In this document: positions 9,501-18,154 of the stretch, piece after piece | Position numbering within the stretch: position 1 is the first letter of the stretch | How the letters are laid out: the number at the start of each line of letters is the position of its first letter | DNA from: a virus | Lineage: Duplodnaviria > Caudoviricetes | DNA length: 42,862 nucleotides | Strand: one strand, 5' to 3' | Virus record (IMG/VR): IMGVR_UViG_3300037991_002697 | Location: 1 to 42,862 of that record | Program-made: the position numbers and the translations under genes | Notes under the pieces: model-generated | Told to the model about the DNA's origin: nothing | Database searches by the model: none | What the model saw: the letters and a program-made list of their open reading frames with translations, nothing else

Positions 9501-9596
9501 AAGAACAAGAAGAAGTTCGTCGAGAAGATCAACGCGAAACTAGGCAACTTCCTCAAGTTGGTTCAGTTTGCATACTCGGCGGTCAATCCCAAGTAA
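6588..9596 (+). CDS. 1002-aa modular protein, putative internal-head polyprotein
   Basis: About a dozen basic modules separated by acidic E-D-V-Q/E-L-D/E-E linkers. Confidence 0.7.
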   Translation: MDEAKKTEYMMKKRKDGTFSILRKTDSGPVGMFHKLDKKAADNIMKKLEGGADARDRRERGMPDAKGQRLFASFQEHVEFAEEQLDEMSAKAHYKTYQAKFKAPPIDRDRYPNREAQGLEGPFQTKKTRKIFYYDKKAGKYYDPDTDMYLQVSDIMEDVEQVEEKFEFQFADKETAQKFMREVMQKRLGNSTGTRDGQVTTMTNSGRTGEPTMAHKEMAKIMKKHGGKLTRTDEGPSLAKIFEETVELDENIVSDKVYRASHGKKPNPNETGGWYFGFSTHPDDIVYQSPKEMKYKDAKKEAEKVAKEKGLKKIYVMDSYDPELDESRKRIGIKTIKFAKILGLSKAAKDVFASAINMSQTAGVPGMDAPLATADNLQKFSDGDFVGALVYLRKNSSKLPAGGRKYAKEILDALGDEITEQLDEDGHTDVASAKMKVDIAGKALIRMKMELSKLPNEASLPSWWTDKVAIAVDKLDGMADYLDSVVEDVQLDEAVDQKQLLTMYKKLKKGDKIDVTFDSSIRKGKEPMTLVVTSPHRVVGKAKVGRIIFKDVENMGGVKYFWYNRDDKISMAQGDMAVSPREVKMSTDEGFASDAQRRAAFASGYKAKGKKGKKEETELEESTPEYRAMMKKYKGSDMEKVFDILDKHGYRLGEQGDTLVRNMLKKFKGDVKKAAAFIMKSYPSMKKEDVQLDETNFRFPQPGEYYGDLAKSISDDPYYTMSKAELKKRSDEVDRKFAVVMRKHRGTKVGEVLDLLDKDGGRKLYKDSDIKQIGKYLTKFKDNVRKVAHQMMIDYMEGDDYLAKKRIPVKEDVQEGKKMKVKLDPNKSMDKVVKTLEDKMTDAEMDKREKIVKSMKKKKDDFKARYGDQADDVMYATATKMAMKDSYELEDGSTINESFESEFPTSQVETLAANMTPVVRDRWVIKEAPFDDIKKIVADKSMMTVKFPDGKQKVDMMTANVLMTVYDALNDKNKKKFVEKINAKLGNFLKLVQFAYSAVNPK

Positions 9597-9604
9597 GGTA
9601 ATTT

Positions 9605-10057
9605 ATGCTTGAAGGACTACTAACAACAGAGTTTCTATCTCTGCTTGGCGGGAGCGTCACTGGATTCATTTTCAAGGCAATGGCCGAGAAAAGGCAGAAC
9701 GAGCAAGAACGCTTCAATCGTATGATCGAGGCGTCAACCAAGAGAAACGAAAACGCTAACGCCGCTGTCGAGCGAGTGGGTGTGGAGGCAGGTAAATGGG
9801 TGCGAAGAACTATCGTACTCGCAATCCTGTTCGGGACAATCCTTGCCCCATTCCTTCTTCCCTTTTTTGGTATTCCAGTTGTGGTGGAATTGACAGAGAA
9901 GAAATACGCACCACTTGATTTCTTTGGTCTTTTTGGAACGACGGAAACGGTATCGTTTGAAGTGATCAGAGGATATCTATTCACACAAGAGAACAGGCAG
10001 ATTCTTGTGACGATTGTTGGTTTCTACTTTGGTGCTGCCGTAGGAAAATCGAGATGA
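9605..10057 (+). CDS. membrane protein (holin-like)
   Basis: 2-3 hydrophobic segments, C-terminal IVGFYFG, AAGG RBS. Confidence 0.6.
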   Translation: MLEGLLTTEFLSLLGGSVTGFIFKAMAEKRQNEQERFNRMIEASTKRNENANAAVERVGVEAGKWVRRTIVLAILFGTILAPFLLPFFGIPVVVELTEKKYAPLDFFGLFGTTETVSFEVIRGYLFTQENRQILVTIVGFYFGAAVGKSR

Positions 10058-10305
10058 TGAGAGTTATGATTAGTATGATGTGTTGTTTGATTGTTTTTGG
10101 TTGTCAAAGTGGCTTCAAGATCACGAAGTCAGTTCCTACGCAATCTCCGTTTGGTAACGATCTTACACAAGAGGCAGGCGTATCAATCGTTGAGGATGGA
10201 AGTGGGTGGTTGCCAATGGGTGCGTACCTTGTTCTTCTCATTGCAGTTTGTTGGTTGACTTGGAGAGAGTTCCGTGGAAGCACTAGAAAATCTGATCGAT
10301 CCTGA
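10054..10305 (+). CDS. putative lipoprotein with C-terminal TM helix
   Basis: Signal with lipobox-like IVFG-C; AYLVLLIAVCWLTW followed by a basic tail; ATGA overlap. Confidence 0.6.
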   Translation: MMRVMISMMCCLIVFGCQSGFKITKSVPTQSPFGNDLTQEAGVSIVEDGSGWLPMGAYLVLLIAVCWLTWREFRGSTRKSDRS

Positions 10306-10498
10306 GGCGATCATTACCGCACTACTGTTCGCACTAGTTGGTTTTGTGTGGAATATTTCTCACAAGGTAACACAACTATCAACGAAGATTGATGACCTAC
10401 GCAAAGACGTAGATCGTCAGCGTGAAGACATTCATAAACTAGAAGAGCAAGTTGATCGGATTACACAAAAGCATTGGTCTGACAACGGCAATCTCTAA
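10274..10498 (+). CDS. small TM + coiled-coil protein
   Basis: AIITALLFALVGFVW followed by a heptad-rich segment. Confidence 0.65.
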   Translation: MEALENLIDPEAIITALLFALVGFVWNISHKVTQLSTKIDDLRKDVDRQREDIHKLEEQVDRITQKHWSDNGNL

Positions 10499-11085
10499 GG
10501 CCCCCAAGTTCTCTTCTGCATGTTTCTCCAGAGACACTTGCAAATATAGTACGCATCAACAACATCAGATACAGGCGAATCAACTACACTCTTCTTCGGA
10601 GAGATAGCACCTTGTAGATTGATTCCCGTTTCCTCAAACCAAGCGGCGTGCATCGCGTCTTTTCTAGCGTTACCTTTACCTGTTGCTACTTTCTTGACCG
10701 CCTGTGGTGGGATGATTTCAATTGGTATGGTTGCATTATAGAGTTTGTATTTCAGAATACCTGTGTTCTCTGCAATATTGAAAACACGACCAGTCGCACC
10801 ATAGGCATAACCCTCGATTGCGACCTCTCGACAGCCAGTTAGTTTGTCCATCGCCCAGTCTGAGATGCTATCATAACGAGACTCATCACATGAGTACTCC
10901 ATAAAGAACTCACCAAAGATTCGTGTCTCGTATACCTTTGCTTTAGACTTGACATCAGTTAGGAAGTAAAACTGACAGTCCTTGTAGGTAAAGTCTCTTA
11001 CCTCATCGCCCGTCCATATGCAAATAGCAGGGCCTCTAAGACTGTAGTCCACTCCCGCTATCACCACTTGCTCCATCATGTTCAT
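10495..11085 (-). CDS. RuvC-like Holliday junction resolvase
   Basis: IAGVDYSL, VAIEGYAY, IAENTGILK, VKKVATGKGNARKD, DVVDAY; AAGGAG supports start 11085. Confidence 0.8.
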   Translation of the reverse strand: MNMMEQVVIAGVDYSLRGPAICIWTGDEVRDFTYKDCQFYFLTDVKSKAKVYETRIFGEFFMEYSCDESRYDSISDWAMDKLTGCREVAIEGYAYGATGRVFNIAENTGILKYKLYNATIPIEIIPPQAVKKVATGKGNARKDAMHAAWFEETGINLQGAISPKKSVVDSPVSDVVDAYYICKCLWRNMQKRTWGP

Positions 11086-11248
11086 CCTTCTTCTCCTTGT
11101 AGGGGAAAAGGTCATTTAGCAACTCTCGCCTTTTTTGACAAGAGGAACATGGATGCACCTTCCCGAAGGTAACACGATGAATGATACTTGCAAGCGTATC
11201 TCCGAGTCCGATGTGACGTAGTGTCTTTCTAAAACTCTTTTCGTTCAT
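11036..11248 (-). CDS. small phage protein with GLGDT...CxxC motif
   Basis: GLGDTLASII...PCSSCQKRRELLNDLFPY; RBS and late-like motif upstream. Confidence 0.7.
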   Translation of the reverse strand: MNEKSFRKTLRHIGLGDTLASIIHRVTFGKVHPCSSCQKRRELLNDLFPYKEKKDEHDGASGDSGSGLQS

Positions 11249-11260
11249 GTGTACCCTCTT

Positions 11261-11267
11261 TATTTAG
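11261..11267 (-). promoter_or_regulatory. late-promoter-like motif CTAAATA
   Basis: 12 nt upstream of ATG 11248. Confidence 0.5.
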
Positions 11268-13204
11268 GAGGTCAGGTCAACGACTTCACATGAGTCGCCG
11301 GAGCAAGCATATGTCTGCGTACCGGAAGTGTTGTCTTGTTCCTCATAGGACTTGAGTTCCGTCCAGTCAATGTCCTGTGGCATCTGTCCACGAAGTTCGA
11401 TGTAGTCCGACTCTCCGCAGTCCTGATACGGTGCCTGCTTGTAGGAGTGATCTGAGAACGGCAGGAAAGAGATACCAGAACATTCACCGAGATGTGCCCA
11501 CACCCACGCACCAACTTCCATCCACTCATGTTCCTTGACAGTGATAGTGACAGATGGTTTATGTTCACACCAGTGACGTTGATACTGCAACCACATTTCC
11601 AACTGCTCAATTGCAGTCATATCGGTTCTTGTCACACAACCCTTTGGAGATGCAACAGGGAACGAGAACACGGTAACGTGATCTGGTTTCATTGCACATG
11701 CTTCATACGGGAATCCCTTGTCTTTCATGAATTGACACAACGGATCTTTGTTATCTGCACGAACGGTTCGAATGTAGAAGTCGTTATGCCGGGCGTGAAT
11801 ACCTGACGCAGCATCAACCAACTGAGACACTGTTCCCGATGGTTTTACACAGGTGGTAGCAGCAGACTGAGGAATGCCAATCTTGTCGGCAAACTCTTTA
11901 TTCGTATTGATACAGACATCACGAAGATCTTGGAGATGCTCGGCATTCGCAAGACGAGTTACCTCACAGTCCATGATCCCTGTGAGGGAAACACCAAGCA
12001 GTCTTTCCTCTTCGCAGTTCTTCTTCCATGATGAGGACAGATACCGGAAGTCTGTTAGCGTTGACTGCCATGTGCCTAGAATAGAAGCAAGGCGAACCTT
12101 TCGCTTTAGATCCTCTACTCTATCACCATCACGACAAACGATCTCGGTGAGGTTACAGAACTCACAGTCACGAAGAATGATCTCGGAACATGGGTTAGTT
12201 CCGAAGCGGTGATCTGGTTCACGGTGGACATGGCCCTCTCCTCGAATCTCGGCAAGTCTCTTACATTGATCCTTACTTGCGGTTCGATTGAAGATACCAC
12301 GCTCACCGCTCTTGGACTCGTAAAGTGCCATCCACTCACGCATGAACGTACCGATCTCAGTTGGGCCGCCGTTGTAGACCGCAGAGTTATTTGCCAATGC
12401 CCGTTGACTGTCGCTTACCCACCACTGACCAGACTTTGCATCACGCATACGGTCATCCATGAGCGAGGACAATGAGATAAGAGCAGAACGGCGAACACCA
12501 CCGACTACAACGATCTCAGCGATCTTACAGACAATATCATGACACTCAATGGTAGTGAGTCTACGACCAGCGGCCTTCTTGAAGGTATTTACCGTAAAGT
12601 CAAATAGGTCTACAAGCGGCTCAGGGCCCGAAGCACGACCACCAAAAGTCTTGAGTCTTTCACCTGCTGCACGAACCTTACTCACATCCCAGTTTGGAAC
12701 CTGACCATTCATGAGCAACGCGATAAGTTCCTTGTATGCCTTTGACCATCCGATCTTAGAGTCTGCAACAACAATAGTGGTATCACTATCGTGGAAGTCC
12801 TCGGCCAAAACAGGAAGTTGATCCACCTCGGCTCTTTCAACAGAAAAACCAACACCAGTGCCACACATCAGAACATAAAGAATCTCATCAAAGGCACGCA
12901 TACGATTTACCGCAACGTACGAGCAGTTGTAACCAGCAACGTGATCTCTTGTTAGTGCCTCACCTGCGGTCATCAATGCACGCATAGAAGGCATGATCTC
13001 AAGATTCAACACCGCGTCTTCAAGTTCCTGTCGTTCTTTCTTCGAAACCTTGTAGTCACACTTTTCTTGTAGGTGGTTTTCGAAGAAGTCAAAGTACCGC
13101 TTCACTGTTTCATCCCAAGTTTCACGGCGACCCTCCTCGGGCAACCAACGTGAGTATCTGCTCAGGTGGATGAAATCTTGATATAGAGACGGTAGGTTCT
13201 TCAT
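11264..13204 (-). CDS. nrdJ: class II (adenosylcobalamin-dependent) ribonucleotide reductase
   Basis: PSMRAL, GYNC, VVVGGVRRSALI, GTNPCSEI, FCNLTE, TCVKPSGTVS, C-terminal ACSGDSCE; no nrdB in the window. Confidence 0.92.
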   Translation of the reverse strand: MKNLPSLYQDFIHLSRYSRWLPEEGRRETWDETVKRYFDFFENHLQEKCDYKVSKKERQELEDAVLNLEIMPSMRALMTAGEALTRDHVAGYNCSYVAVNRMRAFDEILYVLMCGTGVGFSVERAEVDQLPVLAEDFHDSDTTIVVADSKIGWSKAYKELIALLMNGQVPNWDVSKVRAAGERLKTFGGRASGPEPLVDLFDFTVNTFKKAAGRRLTTIECHDIVCKIAEIVVVGGVRRSALISLSSLMDDRMRDAKSGQWWVSDSQRALANNSAVYNGGPTEIGTFMREWMALYESKSGERGIFNRTASKDQCKRLAEIRGEGHVHREPDHRFGTNPCSEIILRDCEFCNLTEIVCRDGDRVEDLKRKVRLASILGTWQSTLTDFRYLSSSWKKNCEEERLLGVSLTGIMDCEVTRLANAEHLQDLRDVCINTNKEFADKIGIPQSAATTCVKPSGTVSQLVDAASGIHARHNDFYIRTVRADNKDPLCQFMKDKGFPYEACAMKPDHVTVFSFPVASPKGCVTRTDMTAIEQLEMWLQYQRHWCEHKPSVTITVKEHEWMEVGAWVWAHLGECSGISFLPFSDHSYKQAPYQDCGESDYIELRGQMPQDIDWTELKSYEEQDNTSGTQTYACSGDSCEVVDLTS

Positions 13205-13232
13205 GTGACAGCGTTCCTTTCTGGGTGCATCG

Positions 13233-13239
13233 TATTTAG
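13233..13239 (-). promoter_or_regulatory. late-promoter-like motif CTAAATA
   Basis: Intergenic, upstream of the nrdJ RBS (AAAGGA). Confidence 0.45.
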
Positions 13240-13270
13240 TCTGATGATTATATGTGATTTACTTAGGTGG

Positions 13271-13804
13271 TCAAGTCAAATTTACTAGAGTCTGACCAAA
13301 TGAATTGATCTCTCCGGCCGGGGCGACTATGAACATACCCCTTGTGAGTTTAGTGGCAGAATTTATATCTGATCCTCTAACTTCCATTTCATAGTGGTGA
13401 TTACCCTCTGGAAGTGCATTTGCAATCTCAGAGTCGATCTGAAAAACAATGGATCCATCTGAGCCACTTGATGTATATCCAGAGCCTGAAAATCCAAAGT
13501 TCAATGCTAGGAAACCAGCAGTTGCGGAAGTTATTGCTTCGGATCGTTGAGTAAACCCTTGACCCCCCGTTACATAAGCGGCAAAGGCACTACCGATTGA
13601 TCCATCAGATTGAATGGTGGTTCCAGAAACCTCTAGAATTCTTTCATCGTTATATGGAGATCTTTTGACATCTAGTCTGCCGCTGTAGTTGCTTAGGTCA
13701 ACTCCAGTCTCTCCACCCGGATACCAATCAAATTGATAAGCGACCGCATTACCTTTGATCACATGCAGGTTTATGTTGGCTGGGTTGTTACCTCTTCGAG
13801 ACAT
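13271..13804 (-). CDS. putative structural beta-sandwich protein (BppU/LtfC-like); paralog of 24438-24920
   Basis: NLHVIKG..VDLSNYSGRLDVK...LPEGNHHYEMEV...LTRGMFIV. Confidence 0.6.
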   Translation of the reverse strand: MSRRGNNPANINLHVIKGNAVAYQFDWYPGGETGVDLSNYSGRLDVKRSPYNDERILEVSGTTIQSDGSIGSAFAAYVTGGQGFTQRSEAITSATAGFLALNFGFSGSGYTSSGSDGSIVFQIDSEIANALPEGNHHYEMEVRGSDINSATKLTRGMFIVAPAGEINSFGQTLVNLT

Positions 13805-13835
13805 ATCCTCTCCATTCTCGGTTCGCTCGCTACTC

Positions 13836-13842
13836 TATTTAG
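13836..13842 (-). promoter_or_regulatory. late-promoter-like motif CTAAATA
   Basis: Overlaps the thyX stop; upstream of GGAGAGG and ATG 13804. Confidence 0.5.
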
Positions 13843-14564
13843 GAAACAAGGCAATCCCAAGAGAAGGGAAATAGTGGTCTGATGATTTCACCAATGGCAT
13901 CCGCATACTCACGGATCTCCCACTGGGCGTGATCGTCCTTGCGTTGCTTGTAGAATCGAGCGTAAGCGGCAAGGGATCCCGTCCAATACCACTCGGTATA
14001 CATTCCCTGTGGGAGAACAAATCGTGCTTGCTCAGGTGCAATACCTTTTTCAATCAACGTGTTGTAAACGTGAAGAGCCGTTTCACATGACTCTCTGTAA
14101 ATAGCGTCATACAAATTTGTTCGGGTTTCCTCTGTAATGAAGTCCTCACTCCCTTGCTTTGCACCATCGGTTGGCTTTCCTCTCCATGTGGGGGAGTAAA
14201 AGTCCGGTTCAAACGAAACGTATCTACGACTAATCTCGTTCTCCACGAATCCTTGCTTATGCTTGAAAAACTGTGTCCGAATCGAAATGGGTGCTTTGAT
14301 TCGAAGCATGATCTGTGGGTGTGCGAAAGGAGTCCAGTGATTGTGCTTCGCAAGATAGCGAATAAGTTTTTGATCTCTCTCTTGGAGTTGTTGGATGTCT
14401 TCTTGGGCAAAGTGAGACTGAGTTTTTTCTAGCCTTTTCTTTGCACTTTCATCAATACCCCAGTCGGTCTCCTTCGCAAAAGATACCCGAGCGGCGTTAC
14501 ACACAGTCAAGTCTGATCCCATACAATCGACGAGATCTACCTTACCATTATCAAGTACGTTCAT
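13839..14564 (-). CDS. thyX: flavin-dependent thymidylate synthase
   Basis: NAARVSF, HWTPFAH, KHK..NEISRRYV, PEQARFVLP, HAQWEIR; start at 14564 gives an ATGA overlap. Confidence 0.93.
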   Translation of the reverse strand: MNVLDNGKVDLVDCMGSDLTVCNAARVSFAKETDWGIDESAKKRLEKTQSHFAQEDIQQLQERDQKLIRYLAKHNHWTPFAHPQIMLRIKAPISIRTQFFKHKQGFVENEISRRYVSFEPDFYSPTWRGKPTDGAKQGSEDFITEETRTNLYDAIYRESCETALHVYNTLIEKGIAPEQARFVLPQGMYTEWYWTGSLAAYARFYKQRKDDHAQWEIREYADAIGEIIRPLFPFSWDCLVS

Positions 14565-15274
14565 AGTGTTCTGTTTATCCATAGTTGGTTGAATCCTACG
14601 CTATCGTAGTGATCGAAGTTAGTCAACATTTCCACGCCTGGCTCTGCTTTATCCCAGTGACCAGTCTTTGTCATAAATTCCATCCACAGGAACTTGGTGT
14701 GATTGTTTAGAGTGTCACATGCTCCTTCAATGAATTCTTGTTCGCCTCCATTGACATCAACGTGCATGAAATCAACCAGATCAAAATCTTGTTGACTAAA
14801 CCATGTGTCAAGTTTCATGGACTGCACTTTTCTTTCAGTAAATGCAATATGCTTATGGTGTTCCATGTGACCACGGGGATATTTGTGTGTACCGGATGGG
14901 GCAGCACGATTACCCCACGAATCAGTGCCCTCGATTACATCACTTGCGTACCATGTGAGTTCACCATCTACATTTGATATGGCAGCCTCAACCAAGTTCA
15001 TTTTGCCTTGTTCGATAAGTTTAGCATGACCTTCTCGATAATATTCTGCGATTCTAGGATCTGCCTCGAATGAAAATACGCGAGATCTGTCAAGACCAAG
15101 ACCATGAATATAGTCCGCACTATCATGTCCATCATAACAGCCAACATCAAAAAGAGTGAATTGCTTGTCTTGAGCAAACCACTCTTTCATAAAACGATTT
15201 GTTTTCAGGACAGGATTGCCTTCAAACTCAGGCACTTTAGGCTCACCTAAATTATCCCCACCAAAAATATTCAT
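14561..15274 (-). CDS. FkbM-family SAM methyltransferase
   Basis: FDVGCYDG, FSFEADP, KLDTW, DFMHVDVNGGE. Confidence 0.85.
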   Translation of the reverse strand: MNIFGGDNLGEPKVPEFEGNPVLKTNRFMKEWFAQDKQFTLFDVGCYDGHDSADYIHGLGLDRSRVFSFEADPRIAEYYREGHAKLIEQGKMNLVEAAISNVDGELTWYASDVIEGTDSWGNRAAPSGTHKYPRGHMEHHKHIAFTERKVQSMKLDTWFSQQDFDLVDFMHVDVNGGEQEFIEGACDTLNNHTKFLWMEFMTKTGHWDKAEPGVEMLTNFDHYDSVGFNQLWINRTL

Positions 15275-16353
15275 TACTCACCTACTCTCCATCTACCGAG
15301 AGCAAGCGTCCCACTCAGTCTCATGTGTGTGTTAGCATCAATTTGCTTTTCAATTTCTCGTTTGGACATTCCACCGAGAATCATGTCATTTACATCCTTG
15401 AATTCATTGCTTCTTGGCCAGATGCAAACTTTGTGTCCGATCTCAAGAAGCCTCTCCATCAAGTTTGCGATCTGTCTATTCCGTGGTTCGTTATCAAGAA
15501 CAAATACTAGATCCGAGTTTTTCAAGTGATCGGGAATACTACCCACACCACCCGCACCGACCATCGCCACTGCATTATCGAGAAAAAGACTGTCGATAGG
15601 GCCTTCAACCACATAAACTCTCTTGGATGGATTTGCCCGCCACTGACCATACCAAAGTCTCTCAGGATCTTTGTTGGACTTCACAGTAAGGTAGCGACAA
15701 CCACCCTTTGTGAAACCCTCTCGGTCAGCAGAGCCGGTCATTGACCTCAACTCAAGAGTCCTACCCTGTGCTGCAACTACATTACCCTTCTTATCGAAGA
15801 AGGGGATGACCAACCTTTGATCAAAATCAAGTGAACGTATCTCTGGGTCAATTGACTTAGCGACCTTAGACCACTCCTTGGCATAGTAAAGATGCTTGTA
15901 CATTTTTCGTGGAATCTTACGATGCTCACAGAAAACTCTGGCAACATGATCCGAATCTAAATCGGCAACACACACCATATGCTTGAAGTTGTCTCTAGGT
16001 GTGTTTTCCTTCTGCTTGAAAAACATATCATTGACCCCCGTCGTAATTGAACTTGATTCTTGTGGCGCAGAACGATAGCGTTCGAGTCGATACTGTGAGT
16101 GCAAGGTTGGAGAGTGCATCTCTAAAAAACGAGACAGAGAAACACTCGCACCACAGTTGTGACACTTGTAGTTGTACTTGCCTTTGACTTCGTAAAAGAA
16201 ACCTCTACACTTGTTTTGGTTCTTTTGAGAATCACCACAAAGTGGGCATCGGCAGTTTGCTAGATTGTCTTTCTTCCACTTGAATCGATCAAGTGTAGGA
16301 GAGACAAGGTTGATGTACTTTTTATCCACATACGAGTTCATAACGAAGTTCAT
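15274..16353 (-). CDS. 61: DNA primase (T4 gp61-like)
   Basis: NCRCPLCGDS..KCHNCG zinc finger, RLVIPF, VVEGPIDSLF, DNEPRN, KDVNDM. Confidence 0.93.
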   Translation of the reverse strand: MNFVMNSYVDKKYINLVSPTLDRFKWKKDNLANCRCPLCGDSQKNQNKCRGFFYEVKGKYNYKCHNCGASVSLSRFLEMHSPTLHSQYRLERYRSAPQESSSITTGVNDMFFKQKENTPRDNFKHMVCVADLDSDHVARVFCEHRKIPRKMYKHLYYAKEWSKVAKSIDPEIRSLDFDQRLVIPFFDKKGNVVAAQGRTLELRSMTGSADREGFTKGGCRYLTVKSNKDPERLWYGQWRANPSKRVYVVEGPIDSLFLDNAVAMVGAGGVGSIPDHLKNSDLVFVLDNEPRNRQIANLMERLLEIGHKVCIWPRSNEFKDVNDMILGGMSKREIEKQIDANTHMRLSGTLALGRWRVGE

Positions 16354-16355
16354 TG

Positions 16356-16508
16356 TTAGTCAATCAGTCCCTTTTCATCGTTTTCGGTTTGCTCTGTAAT
16401 CCATTTCTCAGCCCATTCTCTCCACTCATTGAGTTCCTCTTGATCGATCTTTGCTTCATTAGTCGATTTGGAATTCTGTGAATTGTGCTTTCTTGAATTT
16501 GCTGTCAT
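16356..16508 (-). CDS. 50-aa hypothetical protein overlapping the gp41 3' end (not in ORF track)
   Basis: GGAG RBS + ATG 16508: MTANSRKHNSQNSKSTNEAKIDQEELNEWREWAEKWITEQTENDEKGLID; fills the 41-61 gap. Confidence 0.55.
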   Translation of the reverse strand: MTANSRKHNSQNSKSTNEAKIDQEELNEWREWAEKWITEQTENDEKGLID

Positions 16509-17853
16509 AATCGAAATCTCCATTTTGACTTGTGTCGTGAGAGTTATCGTGAAGGGTTACATCGGAATCGTCTACATCATATAGTTTCATTTTTGCTCTG
16601 TTGATTCCGGTTACAAATCTCTTATTTGTAGTTACATCGTTATATCTATTCTTCAACTGCTTCACAAGAACCTGTCCCTGTTCCTCCAGTTCCTCAGATG
16701 TCATCATGGCAAACATGAAGTCAGCAGTCTGAGGCAAACCGAATGATTCACTGGTATCTTCGAGACCAACATCATTGCTTGAGAAACCTGTACGGTTGGT
16801 TTGTGTCGCAGTAAAGATCGGAACATCATACTCAATCGCGAGTCCACGAAGTTCCTCTGCGATTGCCTTGATGATCGTGTATGAGTTGAAGTTGGAGCCT
16901 GCCTTGAATCTGCTTGAGGCACAGATGTTGATGTAGTCGATGAAGATGATGTCAGGCGTGAACTTCTTCTTGAGTCGAAGTTCATCGAGGAGGTTCCTGA
17001 AGTGCTGTGCATTTGCAGTTGCAGTAGGATACTCCTTGACGATGAGTCGAGACTTGATGTTCTCTGTGACTCGCATCAGTTTCTTCTCATAGACCTTCTT
17101 GGTGAGGATCTTGAGATCATCGAGGGTGATGTCCATCAGGTTCGCATCGATGCGTTCTGCGATTCGCTCTTCTGCCATTTCACAAGTGATGTACAGGACA
17201 TTCTTGCCTTGCGAGTAGCAGTGTGCAGCGTGGTGACACATGAACAGGGATTTACCAACATTGGTGCCTGCCATAATCACGTTCAGGGTCTTCCGTGGAA
17301 TACCACCATTCGTGACCTTGTTGAATCCTTCTAGATCAAACGGCAGTCGATCCTCAACCTTGTGATACGACTCGAATCGAGACTCTGCATCGTACAAGTA
17401 ATCGTGACCAATGTTCGTATCGAAAGAGACTGACAGTGCATCAGACAAGATCGATGGTAGAGCGTTCGCCGTTTTGTCCTTACTCTTACCATCGATGATC
17501 TCAATCGACTCTAGGATCGCATTGTAGATCGCCTTGTCTTTGCAGAACTTCTCTGTATGATCTACCAACCATGTGTTCTTGTCTGGGTCAATATCACCAG
17601 ACTCGATTTCATCAATCTTTTCGTTGGCAGACTTGAACTCACTCTCGGAAAGTGAGGCGTCCTCTACGATGATTCTTAGGGCATCGATGGGAGGGCATGT
17701 ATTGTACTCGGTGATGTGATCTCTGGTGGCACGAAAGATCACCTTATCTACATTCTCTTGAAAGTAGGAGTCACGCAGGAAAGGCACAACCTTCCTTGCA
17801 TAGTCCTCATTCCGAATCAGATTCCGTAGAATTACTTTCTCTTGTGTCTCCAT
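16459..17853 (-). CDS. 41: replicative DNA helicase (T4 gp41-like)
   Basis: AGTNVGKS Walker A, EMAEERIAERIDAN, IFIDYINIC, TATQTNR, SESFGLP, KQLKNRY; start within ATGATGATG 17851-17859. Confidence 0.95.
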   Translation of the reverse strand: METQEKVILRNLIRNEDYARKVVPFLRDSYFQENVDKVIFRATRDHITEYNTCPPIDALRIIVEDASLSESEFKSANEKIDEIESGDIDPDKNTWLVDHTEKFCKDKAIYNAILESIEIIDGKSKDKTANALPSILSDALSVSFDTNIGHDYLYDAESRFESYHKVEDRLPFDLEGFNKVTNGGIPRKTLNVIMAGTNVGKSLFMCHHAAHCYSQGKNVLYITCEMAEERIAERIDANLMDITLDDLKILTKKVYEKKLMRVTENIKSRLIVKEYPTATANAQHFRNLLDELRLKKKFTPDIIFIDYINICASSRFKAGSNFNSYTIIKAIAEELRGLAIEYDVPIFTATQTNRTGFSSNDVGLEDTSESFGLPQTADFMFAMMTSEELEEQGQVLVKQLKNRYNDVTTNKRFVTGINRAKMKLYDVDDSDVTLHDNSHDTSQNGDFDYDSKFKKAQFTEFQID

Positions 17854-18154
17854 CATCATCCTCTCGACTAGCAAGCCGGTCATTATCAAAGATCAGGTTG
17901 TCAGTTTCAATCGAATGGTCGATGAGTTCAACAAGAACATCACCTAGAAACTCAACCAGTTCTGGAGTATTATCCTCGACATCATTAGGGTTGTCAATAA
18001 GAATATACTCAAATTTCAAACCACACTCATCTGAATTTGGAACGGGTTCGAACTTTACAGGCCCATACTTTAGAACCAAATCCTTGTATGGGCCATCTTC
18101 AACAATTCGAATCGCCTCATCCTGTTCACGATTCGCCACGAACTGAAATTTCAC
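17807..18154 (-). CDS. hypothetical protein at the gp40 position (between uvsX and 41)
   Basis: Synteny; acidic 115-aa ORF coupled to its neighbours. Confidence 0.6.
   Translation of the reverse strand: MKFQFVANREQDEAIRIVEDGPYKDLVLKYGPVKFEPVPNSDECGLKFEYILIDNPNDVEDNTPELVEFLGDVLVELIDHSIETDNLIFDNDRLASREDDDGDTRESNSTESDSE

Noticed and set aside
10495-10498. Terminator at the convergent junction
   Set aside because: Stop codons overlap and there is no hairpin/U-tract
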